From contig JAILBY010000026.1 of the NCBI GenBank assembly GCA_024680655.1, positions 4,109-68,108 of the forward strand: a stretch of 64,000 nt of DNA. The letters are read 5' to 3'. The notes under the pieces are model-generated. The model saw only the letters and a list, made by a program, of their open reading frames with translations. It was not told where the DNA came from and made no database searches. The translations under genes and the position numbers were made by a program. The number at the start of each line of letters is the position of its first letter. The first letter of the stretch is position 1. This DNA comes from Clostridiales bacterium (GTDB lineage: Bacteria; Bacillota; Clostridia; Oscillospirales; Acutalibacteraceae). This document shows, in pieces, positions 56,722 through 64,000 of the stretch.

Positions 56722-58712
56722 CAGAATCAATTTGGCGTTGGTTCTCATTCAAGAAGGAATCTTCTATATGCTTTGTGAGTGCAGATACTGTTTTGAATGA
56801 CAGATTCGACTACATTATAGTCTTGGATTTTTCCTCTCTAAAAGGCGAGAATTCTGAAATTTTAAAAAATCTACGTTCTCACTTAAAATTTGGTGGAACA
56901 CTTCTATTAGGATTTGATAACAGTCTTGCATATCGTTTTTTTTGCGGGGACACAAAAATAGAAGGAAAACAATATTTCACCAAGCATGAAATAAAAAATC
57001 TTCTTGCTTCTGCAGAAATAAAATCCTATAAGTTTTATTCTGTTTTTCCATGTCTTGAAGCGGCACAACTTATTTATGCGGACACATTCACGCCTGCAGA
57101 AAACCTAAACATTCGTTTCCTCCCACTTTATAATAACCCGGATTCTGTTTTCAAATTTGAGGAATCAGGCTATGACGATTTAATACAAAATGGCCTTTTT
57201 CATTCTATGGCAAATGCTTTTTTAGTCGAATGCAATGATGAGGGAGTTTTTAATAATGCCTTGCAAATTACTCTTAGTGCCGATCGTGGAAATGATATGT
57301 CCTATGCGACAATTATACGAGAAAATGATACTGTTATTAAAAAGCCTCTTTTTTCTAATGGTACAAAAAAACTGGAAGTTTTACAGAAAAACCTTTTTGA
57401 CATAAAAAAATTGGGGCTTAATGTAGTTGAAGGAAGTCTGAATTATGATGAATTCTCAATGCCTTTTGTGAATGCTCCTTTGGGAAATGTTTATTTACAG
57501 GAACTTGCTCAAAAAGATAGGGATTCATTTATTAAAAAAATGGATCATTTCCGAGAATTGATTTACAAATCTGCGGAAAATGGTATTTGTTACTTTGATT
57601 TAGTTCCCCTTAATTCTTTCTATGTTGATGGGGACTTTTCTTTTTTTGATCAGGAATTTGACTTGCCAGCGTCTGATTACCCGCCAGAGATGCTTGTTTA
57701 CAGAACAATTGTTATTGTTTACTCAGATTTTGAGAAGATGAATGCAATTGCTCCCATTGATTTTTTCTGGAAACGATACGGGATTCAAGATAAGTTGCCT
57801 GAACTAGAAAAGCTTTCCCATGAATTCCTTATGAGCCTTAGAAATCAAGAACAACTAAAATCTTTTAATGCACTTCATCAAAGGAAAGATGCGGTTGTAA
57901 GGTTTAATATGGCTCAACGTAATCAGACTCATTTTTATGATTCTCTCTTAAATAGAAATTTCATTGAAGGTACTTTCGGAAAAAAAGTTTGCGTTTTTGG
58001 AAGCGGAAGGTTTGCAGAAAAATTTATTTCGCAATATGGAGACAATTGCGATGTTGTGCAAGTTGTTGATAATGATTCATCAAAATGGAACTCTGACTTC
58101 CATGGAATAAAAATTTCGTCTCCTTCAACACTTTCAAATATTTCTGATGATATTTGTCTTGTTATCTGTGTAAAAGATTATAAACCTATATACAATCAAT
58201 TGCTTTCAATTAATATAAAAAACATTGTTTTATATGATGCGCATAAAAACTATTCTGTAGGCGATTTAAAAGATGGTGAAAACAAAAAATACCACGTTGG
58301 TTATCTGTCTGGAGTCTTTGATCTTTATCATATTGGTCATATTAACATGTTCCGGCGCGCAAAGGAAATGTGCGATTACTTGATTGTAGGGGTAACAAGT
58401 GATGAATATGTACTAAATAAAAAGAAAAAAACTCCTTTTATCCCTTGTGAAGAACGGATGCAGGTTATTCAAGCCTGCAAATATGTTGATAAGGTTGTGA
58501 AAGTTCCTTACCTGCACGAAGAAATCACGGAGGCGTGGAATACATATCATTATGATGTCCAGTTTTGTGGTTCTGATTATGAAAACAATCCTTGGTGGCT
58601 TGAACAGCAAAAATGGCTCCGCGAGCATGGCGCTGATTTGGTCTTCTTCCCGTATACAGAACAAACAAACTCCACAAAGATCAAGGCTTTGATAGAGAAG
58701 GGCTTGTTATGA
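56700..58712 (+). CDS. Four-domain fusion: MTase-like (motif I not evident) + kinase-like fold + Rossmann-like module + TagD-type cytidylyltransferase
   Basis: aa 35-75 FDYIIVLDF...LKFGGTLLLGFDN. aa about 295-320 ICYFDLVPLNSFYVDGDFSFFDQEF (kinase-like catalytic-loop pattern with HGD replaced). aa 428-512 KVCVFGSGRFAEKF...VVDND. aa 530-670 GVFDLYHIGHINMFRRAKE (HxGH) ...CGSDY. Confidence 0.7.
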   Translation: METEKKLTESIWRWFSFKKESSICFVSADTVLNDRFDYIIVLDFSSLKGENSEILKNLRSHLKFGGTLLLGFDNSLAYRFFCGDTKIEGKQYFTKHEIKNLLASAEIKSYKFYSVFPCLEAAQLIYADTFTPAENLNIRFLPLYNNPDSVFKFEESGYDDLIQNGLFHSMANAFLVECNDEGVFNNALQITLSADRGNDMSYATIIRENDTVIKKPLFSNGTKKLEVLQKNLFDIKKLGLNVVEGSLNYDEFSMPFVNAPLGNVYLQELAQKDRDSFIKKMDHFRELIYKSAENGICYFDLVPLNSFYVDGDFSFFDQEFDLPASDYPPEMLVYRTIVIVYSDFEKMNAIAPIDFFWKRYGIQDKLPELEKLSHEFLMSLRNQEQLKSFNALHQRKDAVVRFNMAQRNQTHFYDSLLNRNFIEGTFGKKVCVFGSGRFAEKFISQYGDNCDVVQVVDNDSSKWNSDFHGIKISSPSTLSNISDDICLVICVKDYKPIYNQLLSINIKNIVLYDAHKNYSVGDLKDGENKKYHVGYLSGVFDLYHIGHINMFRRAKEMCDYLIVGVTSDEYVLNKKKKTPFIPCEERMQVIQACKYVDKVVKVPYLHEEITEAWNTYHYDVQFCGSDYENNPWWLEQQKWLREHGADLVFFPYTEQTNSTKIKALIEKGLL

Positions 58713-59839
58713 GTGATAATAATTACGATTATCTAATAGTAGGCTCCGGCCTTTATGGAGCCGCTTTCGCGCGTCTTGCGACTGACGCACAAAAAAAATG
58801 CCTTGTAATTGAAAAACGACCGCAATTTGGCGGAAACATTCGTTGCGAGAATGTTGAAGTTATAAACGTTCATGTTTACGGAGCGCATATTTTTCATACA
58901 TCAAATAAAAAAGTCTGGGATTTTGTGAACAGGTTCGTTGCGTTCAACCGCTACACAAATTCCCCAATCGCAAATTACAAAGGAAGGCTTTACAATCTTC
59001 CCTTCAATATGAACACCTTTTACGCTATATGGGGCGTAAAAACGCCTGCGGAAGCCCTTGCCAAAATAGAGGAGCAAAAAGCGGCTGCAAAAATAAGTGA
59101 ACCAAAGAATTTGGAGGAACAGGCCATTTCCCTTGTAGGAAGCGACATTTATAAAATCCTTGTTAAGGAATATACCGAAAAACAATGGGGCAGGGTTTGC
59201 GCGGAGCTTCCTCCTTCAATAATAAAGCGGCTTCCTGTGCGCTTTACTTTTGACAACAATTATTTTAACGATTTCTACCAAGGAATTCCCATTGGAGGCT
59301 ACAATAAAATAATAGAGGGGCTTCTTGACGGCGTTGAAAAAATGGCGGACGTTGACTTCTTTTCCGATAGAAGGCGCTTTGAAAGCCTTGCGTCAAAAAT
59401 CGTCTTTACAGGAAAAATCGATGAATTTTTTGGCTATCGGTTTGGAAAACTTGAATACCGCACGGTCCGTTTTGAAACTGAACTTTTGAGCCTTCAAAAT
59501 TTTCAGGGAAATGCTGTAGTGAACTATACGAGTCGTGAGGAGCCTTATACTAGAATCATAGAACACAAGCATTTTGAACCAGAAACCTCATCCTATAATA
59601 ATCCAAAAACTGTCATTTCCAAGGAATATTCTTCCGAATGGACTAACGGCTCGGAACCTTTTTATCCAATAAATGACCAAAGGAACACAGTGCTTTATAA
59701 AAAATATCAAGAGATTTCTAAGACAAGTTCGAACGTAATTTTTGGCGGCCGCTTGGCTGAATACAAGTATTACGATATGGACGATGTAATTGAAAAGGCT
59801 ATGAATGATTTTGAAAAAGAAATTCATAAAAAAGAATAG
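58709..59839 (+). CDS. glf: UDP-galactopyranose mutase, second paralog
   Basis: YDYLIVGSGLYGA, YGAHIFHTSN, RLPVRFTFDNNYFND, IFGGRLAEYKYYDMD. Roughly 70-75% of residues are identical to the first copy by eye. ATGA overlap with the upstream gene. Confidence 0.93.
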   Translation: MSDNNYDYLIVGSGLYGAAFARLATDAQKKCLVIEKRPQFGGNIRCENVEVINVHVYGAHIFHTSNKKVWDFVNRFVAFNRYTNSPIANYKGRLYNLPFNMNTFYAIWGVKTPAEALAKIEEQKAAAKISEPKNLEEQAISLVGSDIYKILVKEYTEKQWGRVCAELPPSIIKRLPVRFTFDNNYFNDFYQGIPIGGYNKIIEGLLDGVEKMADVDFFSDRRRFESLASKIVFTGKIDEFFGYRFGKLEYRTVRFETELLSLQNFQGNAVVNYTSREEPYTRIIEHKHFEPETSSYNNPKTVISKEYSSEWTNGSEPFYPINDQRNTVLYKKYQEISKTSSNVIFGGRLAEYKYYDMDDVIEKAMNDFEKEIHKKE

Positions 59840-59864
59840 TATTGGCATTGGTTGTATATCGCTA

Positions 59865-59893
59865 TTGAAAAATCTTGCTTTTATTGTTAAAAT
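59865..59893 (+). promoter_or_regulatory. sigma70-like promoter with extended -10, placed for a leaderless start at 59901
   Basis: TTGAAA (59865-59870), 17-nt spacer, TGtTAAAAT (59885-59893), then 7 nt to ATG 59901. No SD is visible. Confidence 0.5.
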
Positions 59894-59900
59894 GTAAAAT

Positions 59901-61502
59901 ATGTCTGACAAAAAACGTGTTTACCTCAATTTAATTTTGTATGAATATAATTTAGAGCATTTTAATTTCTTAAAGAATTTGGCGGCTGAATATGGAAGCC
60001 TTACCATAGGAATCCCCTCAGATTATGTTATGGCGCGTCTTTTTGGGGAAGGTCGCAACGGTTATTCGGCGGAGCGAGTTAGAGATTTTTGGCTTCAGTT
60101 TAAATTTGTAGAAGACATAGTGGTTTTTGACAATCATAAATTCGGCTATCAAGATATGTATGAAAAACTTCACTTTGACGTGTGTTTTTATGGGTCAGAG
60201 TACGGAATACAGTTTGTAAAAGATAAAGCGTTTTTTGAATCGCGTGGCGTTTCTTTTTTGTCACTCATGCCAGAAAATTTTATATTTACCAATCCGATTG
60301 ATTCTTTTTCTCTTTCATTAAAAAACATTCAAAAAGACAAAAAACTAATTCTTTTTGGTACTGGCAAATACTTTGACTTGTTTATTAAAAGATATTCTTC
60401 CCAGTGTGCAATTGCTTACGCGGTTGACAATAATTCAAACCTTTGGAATACTCAAAAAAGCTCTGTTCAAATATTTTCTCTTGAAAAATTAAAAGAGGAA
60501 AATGTTCAAGATTGTCTTGTCGTCTTGTGCGCAAAAAACTTTTCTTCTATGAAAAATGATCTTTTTTCGGTTGGCGAATTTAATTACAGGACATTGATTT
60601 TTTGTAATCCCATTTCGCTTTTGGAAGAAATGTGTCTTGGCCTCAAAGCTGAAGACGAGTATTTGAAAAAAGCTCAAAGAATAAATCTTATTATGATGGC
60701 AGAAGTTAATCGTGTTTGCAAAAAATACAATATTCCTTATTATGTTATTTGTGGAAGCCTTATTGGAGTTGTTCGCCATCATGGTTTTATTCCTTGGGAT
60801 GACGATGTAGATTTGGCATTTACGCGGGAAGGATACGAAAAACTAAAATCTGTCGCTAAAAACGAATGGGCAAGCGGTGATTTTACATTTGTTGATTATG
60901 AAGATTATGGCGTTTTTTATGATTTTATGCCACGTCTTGTCTACAACAAAGAACGCCTTCCCATTAAGGCTTTTGATAAGGTTAACGATGTGTCGGCTGT
61001 TGATGTAAGAGGTAAATTGTTTGTTGATTTTTATATTTTTGAGGATGCTGGAAAAAATCCAAAGAGACACTATAGGGCGGTAAAAAAAATGCAAGCAATT
61101 TACACTATGTGTATGGGGCATCGTCCTTGTCTTGATTTTGATGAATACAAGAGGCTTCCTAAGTCTAAAATAATGCTTTTAAAAGTGATGACAAAAATAG
61201 GATCGTTAATACCATTAAAAACATTGTTCTCTTGGTATGAAAAAACGCGTCGTTTTGCTATTAATGAAAACAGCGATTATTATTTTTGCGCCAATTTTGC
61301 TATTTTGTGCATAGATAGGCGTATAAAGAAGGCTTTTTTGGGAAATGGCAAGGAAATGCAAATGGAGAATTTAAAAGTTAGGGTTCCAATTGATTGCGAC
61401 GCCTTTTTGGAAAACATGACTTACCACAATTATATGAATTATCCAGGACTGTCAGTCCAAAAGCCATCGCATTATTTTAATTCTGACATTGAAATATGGT
61501 AG
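59901..61502 (+). CDS. Degenerate cytidylyltransferase-like domain + Rossmann-like module + LicD-family phosphotransferase
   Basis: aa 5-125 align by eye with the TagD-like domain of the 56700 protein, but HxGH is replaced (YEYNLEHFNF). aa 147-235 LILFGTGKYFDLF...YAVDNN. LicD core YYVICGSLIGVVRHHGFIPWDDDVDLAF. Confidence 0.8.
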   Translation: MSDKKRVYLNLILYEYNLEHFNFLKNLAAEYGSLTIGIPSDYVMARLFGEGRNGYSAERVRDFWLQFKFVEDIVVFDNHKFGYQDMYEKLHFDVCFYGSEYGIQFVKDKAFFESRGVSFLSLMPENFIFTNPIDSFSLSLKNIQKDKKLILFGTGKYFDLFIKRYSSQCAIAYAVDNNSNLWNTQKSSVQIFSLEKLKEENVQDCLVVLCAKNFSSMKNDLFSVGEFNYRTLIFCNPISLLEEMCLGLKAEDEYLKKAQRINLIMMAEVNRVCKKYNIPYYVICGSLIGVVRHHGFIPWDDDVDLAFTREGYEKLKSVAKNEWASGDFTFVDYEDYGVFYDFMPRLVYNKERLPIKAFDKVNDVSAVDVRGKLFVDFYIFEDAGKNPKRHYRAVKKMQAIYTMCMGHRPCLDFDEYKRLPKSKIMLLKVMTKIGSLIPLKTLFSWYEKTRRFAINENSDYYFCANFAILCIDRRIKKAFLGNGKEMQMENLKVRVPIDCDAFLENMTYHNYMNYPGLSVQKPSHYFNSDIEIW

Positions 61503-61571
61503 GAACAGAACTCGTATAAAAAACAATTTTTTTACAATGCCTTGATGCTATGGTAGGAGAACCAACTATGC

Positions 61572-61600
61572 TTGACACAATCCAAATCGCAAACTATAAT
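61572..61600 (+). promoter_or_regulatory. Perfect-consensus sigma70 promoter
   Basis: TTGACA (61572-61577), exactly 17 nt, TATAAT (61595-61600). Confidence 0.6.
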
Positions 61601-61611
61601 TCACATAATTC

Positions 61612-61755
61612 ATGTCCTTGCTTTTTACTCTGAGTTTGTATATTAATCCTGAAATTATGGTTTTAGACGAATCTGCGTCTGCTTTGGATAACGAGACTGA
61701 AGGTGTCGGCTTTAAAACCATCACTTGCGGCCAATTGTTGGCAAAAACAGAATAG
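61612..61755 (+). pseudogene. Relic of an ABC-transporter ATPase gene (Walker B / D-loop region only)
   Basis: The 47-codon ORF contains LYINPEIMVLDESASALDNETE, matching the ABC pattern P.i.iLDEatSALD.e.E. The rest of the ATPase is absent. Confidence 0.5.
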
Positions 61756-61769
61756 GAGAGCGTTTTGTT

Positions 61770-63017
61770 ATGATTTCAGAAATGCCAATTAAAAAGAAGT
61801 ATGAAAACTATTATTTTTTAGGCGCGATAGGCCTCTTTTTGCTGTGGTTCATCCTTTTTTCTTTTAGGCCGAATAGCAGAGAGTGTTTGATTTTTTTCCG
61901 GAAGTTTGAAGATTTGTTTGCTGATTTTTTTAATGTATTGCGCTATGTCAGTGAAAGGGATGTGTATTTTAATGAAGTCAACGGCTTGGGGCAAAAAGAA
62001 TATCTCCCCTTAGCCTATATGATATTTTATCCTTTTTCACGTTTTGATGATTATGCGCGTATGTCCTTGGCGGATTGTTGGCATTCTCAATGGGGAATGT
62101 TCACCTGTTTCCTCTTTTTGTTTATCAACTTAATCCTTTTGTTGCATTCTTTATTGGCGCTTTGTAAAAAATATTCGGTTGATGAAAAAATAGCGTACGC
62201 CTTGTTTTGTTCCAACGTGATCCTTCTTTCAATAGAGAGGGCGAATATTGTATTTTTATCAGCCGTTTTCCTAAATTATTTTTTAGTCTTTTATGATTCT
62301 CAAAATGCAAGAGAGAGATTGTTTGCATGCTTTGCCCTTGCGTTTTCCGCAACATTGAAGATTTATCCTGTGCTGTTCATCCTTTTATATCTTCCAAAAA
62401 AGCGATATAAAGAATTCTTTACGACTGTCATCATGGGGCTTTTGTTGGCCTTTTTGCCTTTCTTGTTTTTTAAGCAGGGTTTTGCAAATATTCCGCAGCT
62501 TGTTAAAAATGTGTTGGTTGCCAGTAATACTGGATTTTTTACCGCATATGGAGGCTGCTTTTCTCCATTGGTATTTGATGCGTGTCGTTTTTTAGGCATG
62601 AATGAAAATGTATCCATGATGTTTGTTGGACTGTCACGATATTTTGTCATTTTATTGACTCTTATTTCTTTGGCGTTGTTTTTTATTCATCATGACAGCC
62701 TAAAGCGTTGGGATAAATTAACATTGCTTTTATTCCCTTTCCTTTATTTACCTAGCACTAATAGGAGATATTGCGGCCTTTTTATTTTTTCTCTTGTCAT
62801 TCTTTATTTTGCGACATTGCCGGAACGAAAAAAAGCTTCCAACATTTTGTTTCTTGTTTTATTTCTCATAGCTTTTACTCCTTTGGAGTTTTTTGAATCT
62901 GGTCTAAATAGCCTGATACATCAGAGAATAATTTTCTTTATCTGCGCTGTATCTTTATTTTCTAGAACGCGCTTTATTTGTAATGAATTTTTTCTCAGAA
63001 AAAAGGAAACTTTTTAA
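61770..63017 (+). CDS. Polytopic membrane protein (GT-C / DUF2029-like candidate), function unknown
   Basis: Start ATG 61770, 12 nt after AGGAG (61754-61758); the track start TTG 61725 overlaps the ABC relic. About 11 hydrophobic segments. Early loop FEDLFADFFNVLRY...YLPLAYMIFYPF. Confidence 0.5.
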   Translation: MISEMPIKKKYENYYFLGAIGLFLLWFILFSFRPNSRECLIFFRKFEDLFADFFNVLRYVSERDVYFNEVNGLGQKEYLPLAYMIFYPFSRFDDYARMSLADCWHSQWGMFTCFLFLFINLILLLHSLLALCKKYSVDEKIAYALFCSNVILLSIERANIVFLSAVFLNYFLVFYDSQNARERLFACFALAFSATLKIYPVLFILLYLPKKRYKEFFTTVIMGLLLAFLPFLFFKQGFANIPQLVKNVLVASNTGFFTAYGGCFSPLVFDACRFLGMNENVSMMFVGLSRYFVILLTLISLALFFIHHDSLKRWDKLTLLLFPFLYLPSTNRRYCGLFIFSLVILYFATLPERKKASNILFLVLFLIAFTPLEFFESGLNSLIHQRIIFFICAVSLFSRTRFICNEFFLRKKETF

Positions 63018-63059
63018 TTATAATTTGTACATTTTGATAATAAAGATAAAGGTGGAAAA

Positions 63060-63806
63060 ATGGATATAAATGAAAAAAAAAGTAAAGATTTTCATAGGCA
63101 TCCTTGGGAATTAAGTCGTACAAAATGTGTGATGAATGAGCTAAAAAAACATCTTGCCGTTGATAAACAATCAAAATATTTGAATATAGGCGCTGGCGAT
63201 TTATATTTTGATGAATGTTGGAAACAAATATACGCTAAAAATCATGAAACATATGCTGTCGACATTGGATATGAGCATGAGTCAAAAAATGGAACAACAA
63301 ATCTATATCGTGACTTAAGTTCAGTCAATGAGAGCAATTTTGATTATGCATTAATGATGGATTCTCTTGAATATATGACCGATGATTTTTTATATGTGAA
63401 ACTCCTTGCCGATAAAGTATCTAATGGCGGCAAGTTGATGTTTACGTTGCCTGCTTATTCTTCATTATATTCAAAACATGACGAAATTGTAGGAAACCTT
63501 AGAAGATATAGCTTTTCTGATTTTAAGAAACTTATAAACAGAATCGATAATTTGTCTATTGTTACTTGGCATTATTTTTATTTTTCTTTGTTCTGCTTCC
63601 GTTTCATGCAAAAATTCTTTAAGCTTGATATCGATCCATCTCATAAAGTTACAACCGGTTGGAAGCATTCAGAAAAAAACATTATAACAAGAACTGTGGT
63701 TTTTATACTTGATTTAGACTATTGGATTTGTAAAATTTTAAGGATTTTTCATTTTCCGGGTTTGTCATTGTTTGTAATATGCAAAAAAAATGATGGAGTG
63801 TTATAA
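63060..63806 (+). CDS. Class I SAM-dependent methyltransferase-like protein with C-terminal hydrophobic segments
   Basis: YLNIGAGDLYFD (motif I-like), FDYALMMDSLEYM, SNGGKLMFTLPAY. Contains an in-frame A9 tract (63073-63081). Confidence 0.55.
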   Translation: MDINEKKSKDFHRHPWELSRTKCVMNELKKHLAVDKQSKYLNIGAGDLYFDECWKQIYAKNHETYAVDIGYEHESKNGTTNLYRDLSSVNESNFDYALMMDSLEYMTDDFLYVKLLADKVSNGGKLMFTLPAYSSLYSKHDEIVGNLRRYSFSDFKKLINRIDNLSIVTWHYFYFSLFCFRFMQKFFKLDIDPSHKVTTGWKHSEKNIITRTVVFILDLDYWICKILRIFHFPGLSLFVICKKNDGVL

Positions 63807-63808
63807 AA

Positions 63809-64000
63809 ATGAAACTTTCTATTTGCATTCCTGTTTATAATGGTTCTGACACAATCGGCGCTCTTGTTGATGCGTTGCAAAATGCTTTTGCGGGCAAGGA
63901 TATTGAGATTGTCATGGTGAATGACGGAAGCAAAGACAATTCCAGCCTTGTCTGCCAATCGCTTGTAAAAAAATATGACAATGTCCGTTTTATAGATTTG
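63809..64000 (+). CDS. GT2-family glycosyltransferase, N-terminal part (runs off the right edge)
   Basis: ATG 63809 gives MKLSICIPVYNGSDTIGALV...EIVMVNDGSKDNS. The frame is open to nt 64000. It is absent from the track because no stop lies in the window. Confidence 0.8.
   Translation, partial: MKLSICIPVYNGSDTIGALVDALQNAFAGKDIEIVMVNDGSKDNSSLVCQSLVKKYDNVRFIDL

Noticed and set aside
4803-63790. The roughly 40 A8/T8 homopolymers treated as contingency loci
   Set aside because: They are explained by KK and FF codon pairs in an AT-rich coding background, and nearly all are in frame. I flagged only the tracts that coincide with frame breaks, plus the unusually long A9/A10 and G8/G9 runs.
28-63958. 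All minus-strand ORFs in the six-frame track (60-223 aa)
   Set aside because: Every one lies antisense within a long + strand CDS that has clear family motifs. They lack start context and recognisable motifs, and their Lys/Phe/Ile-rich low-complexity translations are typical of AT-rich antisense frames.
1-64000. CRISPR arrays, tRNA, rRNA, riboswitch-like leaders
   Set aside because: I saw no regularly spaced direct repeats, cloverleaf-compatible segments or rRNA-like conserved stretches. Intergenic regions are short (mostly under 120 nt) and AT-rich, without conserved structured motifs I could recognise.

Overview
Nearly the whole 64-kb window is one co-directional cell-envelope glycopolymer biosynthesis super-locus. 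All credible genes (about 50 CDS) lie on the + strand, and many junctions are 1-4 nt ATGA-type overlaps. The locus is AT-rich (mid/high-30s % GC by eye) and abuts a GC-rich flank gene (about 60% GC) at nt 1-470. I saw no rRNA, tRNA or CRISPR array.

Modules as I read them:
- (1) 487-19479: a teichoic-acid-like/heteroglycan module. It holds a GNAT-MTase fusion, a TagF-like glycerophosphotransferase, an inserted AAA+/nuclease-like ATPase with its own promoter, a HAD-like protein, two radical SAM/SPASM enzymes, a GT32-like transferase, an MTase, a kinase-like protein, a GT2+GT4 dual transferase, a TylF-like O-MTase broken at two poly-A tracts, Glf and a GT2.
- (2) 19630-25969: a Dlt-like cassette built around an FkbH-type loader (FkbH-like, ACP, MaoC, SDR, MBOAT, DltD/SGNH-like). 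An rve/IS3-like transposase relic follows.
- (3) 26874-41065: an Arn/Gtr-like extracytoplasmic glycosylation module. It holds an AT3-GT-C fusion, YfhO, AT3, a polytopic protein, an FdtA-like isomerase, an ArnC-like GT2, a DegT aminotransferase, GtrA, and a GNAT + ACP + SDR + AMP-ligase set. An IS256 relic with recognisable inverted repeats follows.
- (4) 42065-49996: GT2 + DUF2304, an FnlA/WbvB-like dehydratase, a WbuB-like GT4, an SMR-like protein, an RmlD-like reductase, a 2-epimerase and a large polytopic protein.
- (5) 50110-64000: a GT2+GT2 dual transferase, a GT2 with coiled coil, a GT2, a polytopic protein, a four-domain fusion ending in a cytidylyltransferase, a second Glf, a LicD fusion, an ABC-ATPase relic, a polytopic protein, an MTase and a partial GT2.

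Most unusual signals:
- An ~85-aa Rossmann-like module is fused in 16 copies to 14 otherwise unrelated enzymes.
- The FkbH/ACP/MBOAT cassette looks like a non-D-alanine analogue of the Dlt system.
- An ACP-dependent amino-sugar acylation set sits inside the Arn-like module.
- G9 and G8 tracts sit exactly at gene junctions.
- A 21-nt tandem repeat encodes heptads in a glycosyltransferase coiled coil.

All functional calls rest on motif recognition by eye; no database search was possible. Domain coordinates are approximate (+/- about 15 nt).
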